DNA from: an uncultured Methanosarcinaceae archaeon
GTDB lineage: Archaea; Halobacteriota; Methanosarcinia; Methanosarcinales; Methanosarcinaceae
DNA: 64,000 nt
Assembly (NCBI GenBank): GCA_963721455.1
Contig: CAVRJG010000064.1
Span: forward strand, 22,582-86,581
Reading direction: 5' to 3'
Positions 29,599 to 39,771 of this stretch are shown here, piece after piece; the stretch's first letter is position 1, and each line of letters begins with the position of its first letter. Under the pieces are notes generated by a model, which was not told the origin of the DNA, made no database searches, and worked only from the letters and a program-made list of their open reading frames with translations. A program made the translations under genes and the position numbers.

Positions 29599-30540
29599 TC
29601 AAATATATCCGCACTGCTCAAGCCAGGTAAGAGACTTTATCCATTCCCCTTTTGGCTCCCTTGAGGTACCCACGACAAGCCTCTTCATCTCTCCCACCTC
29701 TTCAACAATGCCGCAGGCTTCTATTATCTCTCCGGGAAGAGCCTGGCCTGCATAGGTATGGGTGTATGAGAGCACATGGTCGATTTCATCATGTTCGATT
29801 TTATAATAAGCAGGGCTGTCAAAAGCAAAGTCAGCATTTTTGACCTCGGCTTCAATTTTCATTTTTACTGTATCCTTTCCGCGCAGAAGAGGTTCTTTAA
29901 TCTGGTCCCATTCCCTTACAAAAAGAAGGTCAAAATAAGTGCCCTCGACCATGCCCCGGTTGCCTTTTCTGGATTCGTGCAGTATGAATTCATCAAATGA
30001 AATGTCGGGAATTCTCTTCCTGTAGATTCTCTGCCACATCTCATCATCGATTTCTTCAATGGGCCCTTCCTGCTGTTTTGCAATAGTTATGGCATCCCTT
30101 GCCCTGAACCATACAGGACCGTAAACGACAAAATCAATATCCGAACTTTCATTCTGCAGGCCTGCGAGCATAGAACCCGTAACTCCCATACTTGTCCTGG
30201 GAATTCCGGCCATATCAAGCACTTTTACGATTTCCCTTACGCGACTATTGGAATTTACAAGTTCGGGAATCAAATCCGAGGGGCGAAGTACCTGTTTGAC
30301 CTCGGATTCCGGGACCACATGGACATCCTGTACCCATTCAGGCCTGTATTTCCTCATAAATTCGAAAGCCGGACCGAAATCGTATTTTTTATATCTTTTC
30401 CCGTTTAACTCCCTTTCTCCGTTTTCATCCGGAACGTAACGGAGTATGGCCCGGATTCCATCGTTACGGAAATAGTCGGAAACCGCAAAAAGCCAGTCGT
30501 CTTTCGTGACGATAAAATCCCTCAGGCGTGTTTTGAGCAT
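29599..30540 (-). CDS. Predicted archaeal nucleotidyltransferase (pol-beta superfamily)
   Basis: GVTGSMLAGL..SDIDFVVYG; C-terminal OB-like YTHTYAGQALPGE. Confidence 0.8.
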   Translation of the reverse strand: MLKTRLRDFIVTKDDWLFAVSDYFRNDGIRAILRYVPDENGERELNGKRYKKYDFGPAFEFMRKYRPEWVQDVHVVPESEVKQVLRPSDLIPELVNSNSRVREIVKVLDMAGIPRTSMGVTGSMLAGLQNESSDIDFVVYGPVWFRARDAITIAKQQEGPIEEIDDEMWQRIYRKRIPDISFDEFILHESRKGNRGMVEGTYFDLLFVREWDQIKEPLLRGKDTVKMKIEAEVKNADFAFDSPAYYKIEHDEIDHVLSYTHTYAGQALPGEIIEACGIVEEVGEMKRLVVGTSREPKGEWIKSLTWLEQCGYI

Positions 30541-30761
30541 TTTATACCATCCCTGGAACTTATAAGAGTACTTAAGAGTACTCGGATTTTAAGGAACCTT
30601 AACTGCCGGGCTTTATAATAATTTGTAATAAATGGCAGGAAATGTATTGTAGCATTCATGTATATAATTGTCAGGTATTTTGATTTTTGAGCAAATGACT
30701 AACAAAATAGAATAATATATACCCGGAGTAACAGATACCGAAGGAATATATACTGAAGGAT

Positions 30762-30946
30762 TAAAATAAACTATACTAAATAAACTGTACTAAATAAAAC
30801 ATATTAAAATAAACTGTACTAAATAAAACATATTAAAATAAACTGTACTAAATAAAACATATTGAAATAAAATACACCAAATAAATCATATTAAAATAAA
30901 CCATATTAAAAATAAACCATATTAAAATAAACCATATTAAAATAAT
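30762..30946. repeat. AT-rich 14-16 bp tandem repeat array (~12 units, 29-bp higher-order period)
   Basis: TAAAATAAACTGTAC/TAAATAAAACATAT alternating, then TAAAATAAACCATAT x3. Confidence 0.9.
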
Positions 30947-31006
30947 CAACATTTAATATTAAAGGCACGTAAACGGAATAACTGCAGGCGCAGAAAATCC
31001 GAGGTA

Positions 31007-32245
31007 ATGCTTTTGAGAGACAACCCGAGTGCAGAAGCGCTTGAAGCCTGGATTATACGGCTGAGGCGTGAATTTCACAGATACCCTGAACTCAGTTTTG
31101 AAGAATCTGAGACCCAGAAGAGGATCCTGAAAATTCTTGGAGAACTGGGAATAGAAGCCAGAAAAATTGCAGATACCGGCGTACTTGCAAGCATCCGGGG
31201 AACATTACCTGGCCCCTGCATTGCCCTTCGCTCGGACACTGACGGGCTGCAGGTACAGGAAGAATTAACAGGTAGGAATAGCGACTATATTTCCAGAAAC
31301 AAGGGAGTAATGCACGCCTGCGGACACGACGGGCACATGGCAATACTTTTTGGGGCTGCCAGGCTTTTTCAGGAAAACAGGGACTTTCCAGGAGAAATCC
31401 GCCTGATTTTCCAGCCTGCAGAAGAGATCCCTCCGGGCGGCTCGGAAAGGGTGATTTCCGAAGGAGGTCTTGAGGGTGTGGATGCGGTCATGGGCATGCA
31501 TATCTTTACCAATCACGAGTCCGGAAGCGTGGGCCTTCGTCCCGGACCTTTCATGGCAAGCACCAACAGGTTCGAAGTCACTCTTAAAGGAAAAGGAGGC
31601 CATATCTCAAAGCCTGAAAGCTGCATTGACCCTGTCCTGATGGCAACAGACTTTATAAGTAGCCTCTATCCTGCCCTGGAAAAGCAGCTTGAGCCGGATA
31701 AGTATGTCCTTGGAGTGGGAAGAATCCAGGGAGGAGCTCAGTTTAACAGGACTCCTGACAGTGTAGGAATTCTCGGAAGCTACCGGACTTTTGACAGGGA
31801 GACCACGGATATAATTGACAGGACGATAAAGGAGTGCCTGGATACCGTAGTAGAAAAATATATTAAACCTGGAGAAGAATTTTCAGGCTTTCCTGACTAC
31901 AACCTTGATATCCTGCACGGTTATCCTGTACTTGTAAATGACCCTGTTTTCACAGATGCTGTGCATTCAAAGCTGCAGGAGAGTTTCCCGGAACTCACAG
32001 TCTACCCTGAAATTGAAAAAACCTTTGCTGCCGAAGATTTTGCAAGTTATCTGAAAAAAGTTCCAGGGATCTTTATTTCACTCGGTACCCGGAACCCGGA
32101 AAAAAAGATAGTGGAAATCAATCACTCATGCACGTTTGATATTGATGAAAAAATCTTGATTACGGGCACGGAGATATTCTATACAATTTCCCTTGACTTT
32201 CTGAAAAATCCAGAGAAATACCTCGATTCGCAGAAATATTTTTAA
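31007..32245 (+). CDS. M20D family amidohydrolase
   Basis: RREFHRYPELSFEE, ALRSDTDGL, MHACGHDGH, FQPAEE, AEDF. Confidence 0.92.
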   Translation: MLLRDNPSAEALEAWIIRLRREFHRYPELSFEESETQKRILKILGELGIEARKIADTGVLASIRGTLPGPCIALRSDTDGLQVQEELTGRNSDYISRNKGVMHACGHDGHMAILFGAARLFQENRDFPGEIRLIFQPAEEIPPGGSERVISEGGLEGVDAVMGMHIFTNHESGSVGLRPGPFMASTNRFEVTLKGKGGHISKPESCIDPVLMATDFISSLYPALEKQLEPDKYVLGVGRIQGGAQFNRTPDSVGILGSYRTFDRETTDIIDRTIKECLDTVVEKYIKPGEEFSGFPDYNLDILHGYPVLVNDPVFTDAVHSKLQESFPELTVYPEIEKTFAAEDFASYLKKVPGIFISLGTRNPEKKIVEINHSCTFDIDEKILITGTEIFYTISLDFLKNPEKYLDSQKYF

Positions 32246-32328
32246 CCCTTAAATATCAAGAAAAAGCCTGAAAACAAGCAGGTGAAAAAGCACAGGAACT
32301 GCCCGGTCCGGTTTACGGAGAGAAATAA

Positions 32329-32766
32329 ATGATAATCCAGAGATACGATGATTCCAGAAAGGAAGGAGTCCGTGATGTTGTCCTTGAAGTGCTGCTGGAA
32401 CACGGCTTTGAACACGACCGGCTCAAAGATGCCGACCTCAAGGACATAAACGGTTATTACTTTGGAAGCGGAGGCGCTTTTTTCGTAGGAATTGTCGAGG
32501 GTAAGGTCGTAGGCACCGCAGGCGTCCGAAAACTTGATGGGAACCTGTGCGAAATCAGGCGTATCTACCTTAAAAAAGATTTCCGGAGCAAAGGCAACGG
32601 AAAACAGCTTTTCAGGACTGCCCTGGATTTTGCTGAAAAAAACTGTTCAGGCGTCGTGCTTAAAACCGATTCGACCCTTACGAAAGCGATAGATATGTAC
32701 CTCAAGCACGGCTTTACGTTCCAAAAAGAAGAAACCGGATACCTGTATTTCGAGAAAAAGTTTTAA
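32329..32766 (+). CDS. GNAT family N-acetyltransferase
   Basis: VVGTAG, EIRRIYL..FRSKGNGKQL, AIDMYLKHGF. Confidence 0.88.
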   Translation: MIIQRYDDSRKEGVRDVVLEVLLEHGFEHDRLKDADLKDINGYYFGSGGAFFVGIVEGKVVGTAGVRKLDGNLCEIRRIYLKKDFRSKGNGKQLFRTALDFAEKNCSGVVLKTDSTLTKAIDMYLKHGFTFQKEETGYLYFEKKF

Positions 32767-32969
32767 CGCCCGAGTTTCGCTTCCCGAATTGCGCCTCGGG
32801 ATCGCAGGAAATCGGAGATTTTCTGGGAGTTGCGATGGAATCGCAACAGCATGATGTTCGTTTCAGTCGAGTTGCGGCTCGACGATGCGCGGTCCGTTTC
32901 ACTCGCTGCGCTCGCTCAAGCAGACTAAATGGATGTAACAATTGTTTTTCGCTTCGCTCAAGCGGACTG
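32767..32969 (+). repeat. Dispersed hairpin repeat family A, copy 2 (long composite)
   Basis: CCCGAATTGCGCCTCGGG, CAGGAAATC-GGA-GATTTTCTG, GTTGCGAT-GGA-ATCGCAAC, GTCGAG-TTGCGG-CTCGAC, GTCCGTTTCACTCGC..CAAGCAGACTA. Confidence 0.85.
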
Positions 32970-33027
32970 ATTTATAATAAAGAAACTGAGATTCGTTCAA
33001 GAGGGTTTATTTACCCGAGTGCCTCTT

Positions 33028-33173
33028 TTTTTCCGTGTTCACCCATTCTGGATAGAGTTTTCCGCGCCCACCGGTGGTTGTAATGTATAGCGTGGGTTAG
33101 TAACGCTGAAAACCGAAAAACGCAGAATAAAGAAAAGACGGGCACAGAGATTTCCGTCTTTCCCGTGGTTATT
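33028..33173. repeat. Nonamer-periodic inverted repeat family B, copy 2
   Basis: AACGCTGAAAACCGAAAAACGCAGAA-TAAAGAAAAGACGGGCACAGAGAT-TTCCGTCTTTCCCGTGGTTATT, preceded by degenerate arms. Confidence 0.7.
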
Positions 33174-33253
33174 GTTTCTTGAGTGAGTTCTTCTACTGTC
33201 GTTTTTTTAAAGTATGCATTGGGGTTTCACGTGTCCTTTTGTCTTTTCAGGCT

Positions 33254-35527
33254 TTATCTCTTTATCCTCCTCAGTATAGCAAGCACGATCAAGAGGGTTC
33301 CTGCAAAGCCTAAGAGGAAGGAGGGGACTTTTGGAGGATTTCTTACGACTTCTACTATTGCTTTTGCCTGAATGTAGGGCTTGATATCTTCGAATATGAA
33401 TGCTTTTGGAGTTTCGAGAATGGAGTTAATTCCCATAAACGAAGATACTTTGTTTTTCATTGAAGAGATATTACCGAAGGTATGGTTTCCTGAGCTGGAT
33501 TTCAAGCCCAACCCGTATGAGCTTTCGGCGGAGATTCTCAGCTCTTTCTGGGCTATACCTGCAAGCCCGTCGTCATTTTCATAGGCACCTGCAAGGAGGA
33601 GGTAGTCCCCTGGAGGAAGTTCAAGGCTTGTCAGAGAAAGGGTACTCTGGTTTTCCTCGCCTATGCTTACCGTGCCGTTTCCTTCTCCTACCAGAGTCTG
33701 GATTTCGCTCTTAAGCTCGTCTTTTCCGGCTCTGGACTCATATTTTGTCAAATTAGTTTCTAAATTCTTGATGATGTCGACCCCGTTCACGAGAGGCCTG
33801 GTCCCGGCTGTCATCCAGCTTGGGCCTGTACCTCTGTATACTGTATAGGCATCTTCCCTTATCAGAACAGCCCAGTACGTGTAACTTTTCTGAGCAGGCG
33901 CATTCTTCAGGTTCAGGTTGACTTCAAAATTTTCGCCTTCTTCGAGGGCATACGGAGCATCTGCTCCCATTTCGTATTCGAGAACTTCAAAATAGTTTGC
34001 TAAAAGAATCTCTTTTTCCGGTCCGGAAGTTTCCGTTTCGTTTCCTGCAAGGGTTATAAGGATCCAGTAACTGCCAGCAGGAAGAGGGCCAAGCGTAAGG
34101 GGAGATAGGTCTCCGCCATCATTCAGAGCCGCAGGTATCTCGATGTAAGATTCTGTATTGTTATTGAATATATCTTCGAGGCTAATCGTGCCCTCATTCA
34201 TACCATTTGAAACGGCTTCTTCAGGAATATTCAGGCTGCGTTCCTTGACAAGATATACGTCTACATTCTGCTGTCCGAAAGCTTCAGGCCCTTTATAGCT
34301 TATCTTCACGCTTTCGTTTACGGTATAAAATGAACGAAGGGAATAGGGATATGATATTATGAATTTCAGATTGTTCCAGCTACTTTCCTCTTGTTTTATC
34401 TCAGGCATTACCTCCTCGTTTCCTGCGCTGTATGTCCAGTTGCATACTTTTATTTCAGGTTTCACTCCCTTACTTTCCAGACTTTTTGTACCGTTGCATG
34501 TTTTGGTTTTTGGTTCAGTCTCCACTCCCATACTTTTCAGGCTTTTTGTTCCGTTGCATACTTCGGTTTTTGATTCAGTTTTCGTTCCGACACTTTTTTG
34601 AATGTCTGTTCCATCTCCTGTCTTTACTCTTAATTTCAGGTTTGCTCCGTCGTTTTCTGGACTGTCTTCGTCACTCGCCTCTTGTTTTTGTTCAGGTATC
34701 TCTACAACATATCCCCGGCTGTCAGTCTCATCGTATGTCCCTGTTTCCCGATCATCTTCGATACTTTCCTGGTTATCTGTATCGTTATTTATCCTTGTCT
34801 TTTCTTCAACTTCCCCTTCTATATTTTCTGAGCTTTCTTCCTCTCCTGTCTTTTGTTCCGGATTTGCGTCTTCACTTCCTGAACTTTCTATCCTCTTTTC
34901 CGTTCCTGTGCCTGGTTCAAGTTTATTCCCAAAATTTTCATGACTTTCTGTGCTGTTGTTTTCTCCTGCTTTTTGATCTGGGTTTTCTTTTTCACTTTCT
35001 TCATTCTCGGTTTCGTTACCTAACCCTATTTTTAATTCCGGGTTTCCGTCTCCACTTTCTTTGTTGTGGGTCTCGTTACTTACTCCTGTATTTGATTCCT
35101 GTCCCGTTCCTACATTTTCCCGACTATCTGTGCTGTTGCTTGCTCCTGTCCCTGAGTCAAGTTCCTCTTCTGCAGTTTCTGGACTGCCTGTGCCATTACT
35201 TGCTTCTATTTTTGGCTCCGGGCTTTCTCCTTCACTTCCGGTCTCGTTACTCACTCCTATATCTGGCTCCGGGCTTTCTCCTTCACTTCCGGTCTCGTTA
35301 CTCACTCCTATATCTGGCTCCAGTTCCTCTCCTGCACTTCCCATACTGTTTGTACTGTTGCCGTCGTCTATTTTTGACTCCGGGCTCATTCCGTCACTTG
35401 CCTGGCTTTCTGTACTGTTTCCTGCTCCTGATACTGAAATTAGTAAAAAAATAAGGATCAAAACAGTCCAGATTAATCTCCATTTTCTACCGTATATTCC
35501 GTTATATGTTCCTGTTTTTTTTTTCAA
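33254..35527 (-). CDS. Methanogen extracellular protein (TIGR04279-like domain) with acidic repeat stalk and C-terminal TM anchor
   Basis: TTG start, signal peptide, 17-aa NxT-bearing repeats, YPYSLRSFYT..GPLPAGSYW domain, FLLGFAGTLLIVLAILRRIKR tail; family name recalled, not searched. Confidence 0.8.
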   Translation of the reverse strand: MKKKTGTYNGIYGRKWRLIWTVLILIFLLISVSGAGNSTESQASDGMSPESKIDDGNSTNSMGSAGEELEPDIGVSNETGSEGESPEPDIGVSNETGSEGESPEPKIEASNGTGSPETAEEELDSGTGASNSTDSRENVGTGQESNTGVSNETHNKESGDGNPELKIGLGNETENEESEKENPDQKAGENNSTESHENFGNKLEPGTGTEKRIESSGSEDANPEQKTGEEESSENIEGEVEEKTRINNDTDNQESIEDDRETGTYDETDSRGYVVEIPEQKQEASDEDSPENDGANLKLRVKTGDGTDIQKSVGTKTESKTEVCNGTKSLKSMGVETEPKTKTCNGTKSLESKGVKPEIKVCNWTYSAGNEEVMPEIKQEESSWNNLKFIISYPYSLRSFYTVNESVKISYKGPEAFGQQNVDVYLVKERSLNIPEEAVSNGMNEGTISLEDIFNNNTESYIEIPAALNDGGDLSPLTLGPLPAGSYWILITLAGNETETSGPEKEILLANYFEVLEYEMGADAPYALEEGENFEVNLNLKNAPAQKSYTYWAVLIREDAYTVYRGTGPSWMTAGTRPLVNGVDIIKNLETNLTKYESRAGKDELKSEIQTLVGEGNGTVSIGEENQSTLSLTSLELPPGDYLLLAGAYENDDGLAGIAQKELRISAESSYGLGLKSSSGNHTFGNISSMKNKVSSFMGINSILETPKAFIFEDIKPYIQAKAIVEVVRNPPKVPSFLLGFAGTLLIVLAILRRIKR

Positions 35528-35899
35528 CTACTACACTCCTTAATTATTCTCTTTCCTGCTTAATCTTGGGTTTTCTGTTCCTGCTCAGGGTTTCTTGTTT
35601 AGAGTCTGGTTTGTTTAGAATTTGACTTTTTGAGGTTTTTAAACATCAGTTCCTGTTTTAATTTAGCATTATTCGGCATTCATACATTTATTAAAATAGA
35701 TATTTCTTATTAAAGAGATTTTCAGGGATTGTCTGGAACTTCTATGAATTTTATAGATTCTTTTGTCCTGTAAACGCTTGGTCATTTTTCAACGGTTTTT
35801 CTCCTTAAATAAAGCAGCAGTAATTCAGGTTAAGATCCCTTCCATCTACATATCCTGGCTTTCCATTACTGAAAAATCTTCTTTTTTCGTTCCGTTTTC

Positions 35900-36360
35900 C
35901 TCGGAAGAGTTTCCTTTCGGATCCTCAAAGTTACCTCCAGATATGTATTCAGTGTCTTATTTGTAACTGAAATTCCCTTCTAAATCCATCTTCATCTGCT
36001 GGAGCCCTGTGATCTTGAGTTTGACGTCAGGAACTCTTGCTTTTCCGTCGATCCTTATCCAATACTTTCCTTAGGGATATCTGACTGGAAAGTGGGGGCA
36101 GCTCGTCCACCTGTTTCCTATCATATCCGCAACTACGGGATTTTTAGGGATAAATTTCCAGCTGTGAATGGCAGCAGCTCCGGGGGAGGTGACCAAACAC
36201 AGAAAAATTGGAAGCCAGAACCGAAGTTTCAGATTTTTCCTATTTCTCAAGCTCTGGACAAAAGTAAAAACGGATTTTGCGAAAGCAATTCCTTCAAAAA
36301 GCAAGGTCCTGAATCTCAATTTTAGTATTTTTTCGGCAATTTTTGTCTTCACTGCAATGA
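35900..36360 (-). pseudogene. Degraded remnant of a secreted Methanosarcina surface-protein gene
   Basis: Signal-like LPIFLCLVTSPGAAAIHSWKFIPKNPVVAD, then in another frame IRIDGKA..VKLKITGLQQMKMDLEGNFSYK*DT. Confidence 0.5.
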
Positions 36361-37076
36361 CCGCATAATTTCTGGATAACATGCAGATAAATCATCATGG
36401 CTTATGTGCTTTGCTTTTTAATATCCTGGGCTGTATGCGGCAAACCACATTATAACATGCTGGCTTCCGTATTCGGACGTAAGAAGGAATGATTGTAGCT
36501 TCCCCTTCTTTCAATCTGTTCCAATTATTTTGGAATCGAAGCACTAATAATAAATTCAGATATTATTTATTTCATTTTGATAGTTTTCTTAAAATAGTCC
36601 GATTTAATTTCCTATCGGGACACAATTTTGCCTTATTTATATTGAGCCGATCCCAAAACTTAAAATTACTTCTCTGAATCTCCTATTTTGAGTGCCCAAT
36701 AGAGTTTCGGATCATGAAAACAATTCTGAAAAATTCTAATGATTAAGAATAAAATGGGTTTTGTGATATCATTATTAATCTGAAAACAAGTAAGTTATTT
36801 ATCTACATTCACTCTTTCAGTATCATTTGTTAGAAACTATTGTTCTTAAAACTATTTACCTCGTGAAATCTACTATATATCACCCCATTAAATGATAAAA
36901 AGAAAAGTTTGAACAAAAAGGGGTAATTATTGATAAGAAAAAACATTCTTTACTCAATGTGTTATTCAGTTACAATATCGGGAATCCTTAATTCTTTGCC
37001 CTTAGATAAAAAAAGTGATTGAAGTCTATCAAATGCCAGTGCAAAAAATGAGAATTAAAATGAGCGGTGGTATCTA

Positions 37077-37232
37077 ATGAACTACACAAAAAAAATTTGT
37101 CCGAATTGCGGGAGTGAATTTGTCGTCCTGAAAAGTGTGGAGGAAAAAGCTGTCTACTGTACCCTTGAGTGTCTTTCAGAGTCTCAGGATAGACTGAATA
37201 AAAGTATAGTTTCTCCTTTAACGCCTGTATAG
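37077..37232 (+). CDS. 51-aa CPxCG zinc-finger microprotein (not in ORF track)
   Basis: MNYTKKICPNCGSEFVVLKSVEEKAVYCTLECLSESQDRLNKSIVSPLTPV*; GGTGG RBS 6 nt upstream. Confidence 0.75.
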   Translation: MNYTKKICPNCGSEFVVLKSVEEKAVYCTLECLSESQDRLNKSIVSPLTPV

Positions 37233-37395
37233 ATATAGTGAGTTGCCTGATCCTTTTTACCAATCATAAACTAAAGGTGAGCTATGGGAAACACGTAATA
37301 GAGAAAAAAACGGGAACAACTCTTTCGCCGTCGGTAGTTAAGAGTCTATTCTGGGTTTTCCATGCTTCACCTGGTATAAAATGTGGAATGATTAG

Positions 37396-37593
37396 AACTA
37401 CTGAAAGTACGAAAAACACGGAATAGAGAAAAAACGGGCACAAAGATTTCCGTCCGAATTGCGCCTCGCCCGAATTGCGCCACCCGAATTGCGCCTCGGG
37501 AGTACGCGGTCCGTTTCACTCGCTCTGCTCGCTCAAGCGGACAATTTACAAAACTACAGTTTTTCCGTGCTTTCCGTGTTTTCCGTGGTTATT
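37396..37593. repeat. Nonamer-periodic inverted repeat family B, copy 3 (interrupted by family A)
   Basis: AACTACTGAAAGTACGAAAAACACGGAA ... TTCCGTGCTTTCCGTGTTTTCCGTGGTTATT. Confidence 0.8.
37454..37542 (+). repeat. Dispersed hairpin repeat family A, copy 3
   Basis: CCGAATTGCGCC x3, then GTCCGTTTCACTCGCTCTGCTCGCTCAAGCGGAC. Confidence 0.85.
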
Positions 37594-37719
37594 GTGCCCT
37601 GATTGAGTTCTTCTGTTATCGTATGTATTTTAGAGTATGGGTTGAGATTTACTGTGCCTTTTTGTGTTTTCTGTGCTTATCAAGACTGGATAAACATTTT
37701 CCAGTCTGTCTTTTCGGGC

Positions 37720-39771
37720 TTTAGCCTTTATCCTCAGTATAGCAAGCCCGATAAAGATTGTTCCTTCAAAGCCTGCCCGACGGAGAATATTTATAACTAA
37801 TCTCTTACGACATCTGCTAATGCTTTTCCCTGAATGCTCGAATTGGATTTCGAGACTGACTCATATGATTTTTCGGTTGAGGATATTGTCAGTTTTCTCT
37901 GGGCTATGCCTGCCAGGCCTTTATTTCTTTCATAGGCGCCTGCAAAGAGGACGTAGTTTCCTGGAGGGAGTCCGAGGCTTGTCAGGGAAAGGGTACTCTG
38001 GTTTTCCTCGCCTATGCTTATTGTGCCGTTTCCTTCTCCTATGAGAGTCTGGATTTCATTTTTAAGTTCGGCTTTTCCGGGTATGGACTCGTATTTTGTC
38101 AAGTTGATGCCTAGGCTCCTGGTGATGTCAAATCCATCTACGAAGGCACTGGTTCCGGTTGTCGTTGCATTGGGGCTTATGTTTATGTTTGCTCTATAGG
38201 CATCTTCCCTTATCAGCACAGCCCAGTATGTGTAGTTTTCCTGAGCAGGCGCATTCTTCAGGCTAAGGTTAACTTCAAAATTATCGCCTTCTTCGAGGGT
38301 ATTCGGGGCATCTGCTTCCAATTCGTATTCCAGGACTTCAAAATAGTTTGCTGAAATAATCTTTTTTTCCGGTTCAGGCGTTTCCGTTTCGTTTCCTGCA
38401 AGCGTTATGAGAACCCAGTAACTGCCAGCAGGAAGAGGGCCAAGAGTCAGGGGAGACAGGTCTCCGTCTTCGTTCAAAGTCGCAGGTATCTGGATGTAAG
38501 ATTCTGTATTGTTGTTGAAGACGTCTTCGAAGCTCATCGTGTTCTCATTCATGGCATCTGTAACGGCTTCTTCAGGAATATTCAGGTTGTGTTCCTTGAC
38601 AAGGTATATATCCACTTTCTGCTGTCCGAAGGCTTCAGGACCTTTATAGTTTACCTTTATGCTCTTGTTTGTGGTATAGAATGAATGAAGGGAATAGGGA
38701 TATGACAGTATGAGTTTCAGATTGTTCCAGCTACTTTCCTCTGGTTTTGTTTCAGGTTTTACCTCCTCTTTTGGGCTGTATGTCCAATTTAATGCTCCTG
38801 TTTTTATTTCAGGTCTCAATCTCCCACTTTCCAGACTTTTTGTCAAGTTACATGCTTCGATTTTTGTTTCAGGGTTCACTCCCGCACTTTTCAGGCTTTT
38901 TGCCCCATTACATGCTTCTGTTTTTGATTCAGTTATCGCTTCGGCACTTCCTGAACCGTCTGTCCTATCTTCTGCTATTATTTTTAGTTTCAGGTTTTCT
39001 CCTTTATTTCCTTGACTGTTTGAACCGTCTTTTGCCTCCTGTTTTTGTTCTGGCTTCTCTCCAATGCTTTCCTGTTTGTCTGTCTCTGTGTATGCATTCT
39101 TTTCTCTTTCCGCTCCTGCTTTTGTTTCCAGATTATCTTCTATATTTTCCTGGTTGTCGATGTCGTTATTTGCTCCGGTTTTTTGTTCAGGTTTCTCTGT
39201 GCACTTTTCTCTTCACTTTTTTCTTCTATACTCTGCGAGCTTTTGTCCGCCTTATTTTTTGTTCCGGATTCGCCTCTTCATTTCCTGGGCTTTCTGTCCC
39301 TTTTTCATCTTCTATCCCTGGCTCAGGTTTATCCCCGAAACTTTCTGGATTTTCTGTGACTTTAATTTCTCCGGTTTTTTGTTCCCTATTTTTTCCTTCA
39401 CTTTCTCTGCTGTCTGTCTCGCTATTTACTCCGATATTTGACTCCTGTCTATCTCCGGCACTTTCCGGGCTGTTTATACCGTTACTTGCTTCGATTTCTG
39501 GCTTGAGGTTTTTTTCTTTACTTCCTTTGCTATCTATCCCGTTACTTGCTTCTATTTTTTCTTCCAGACCCACTTCGACACTTTCCAGGCCGCCTGTGCC
39601 GTTACCTGCTTCTACTTTCTGTTCCAGATCCAGTCCGGGATTTTCCTGGCTGTCTGTGCTGTTTCCTGCTGTTGATGCTGAAATGAGTGAAAAAATAAGG
39701 ATCAAAGCAATCCAGGTTAATCTCAATTTTCTACCGTACATTCCGTTATATATCCCTGTTCTTTTTTTCAA
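37720..39771 (-). pseudogene. Decayed paralog of the TIGR04279-like extracellular protein
   Basis: Fragments 39226..39771 and 37797..~39210; frameshifts near 39200-39255; premature TAG/TAA before the out-of-frame anchor GFEGTIFIGLAILR. Confidence 0.85.

Noticed and set aside
30762-30946. Possible CRISPR array
   Set aside because: Units are contiguous with no unique spacers, and there are no cas genes; the same holds for the repeats at 27781, 41002 and 58505
32767-32969. Family A as integron attC sites
   Set aside because: CGCTCAAGCGGAC is reminiscent, but RYYYAAC/GTTRRRY boxes, cassette organisation and an integrase are absent
32714-33083. Short ORFs over family A repeats (also 56533..56811 and 10397..10582)
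   Set aside because: Their similarity (ERAxRVKRT..CCCDSIATP) comes from the DNA repeat; no RBS or consistent boundaries
37791-37799. Pyrrolysine read-through rescuing the second TIGR04279-like gene
   Set aside because: The TAG is followed two codons later by TAA, and the anchor is out of frame
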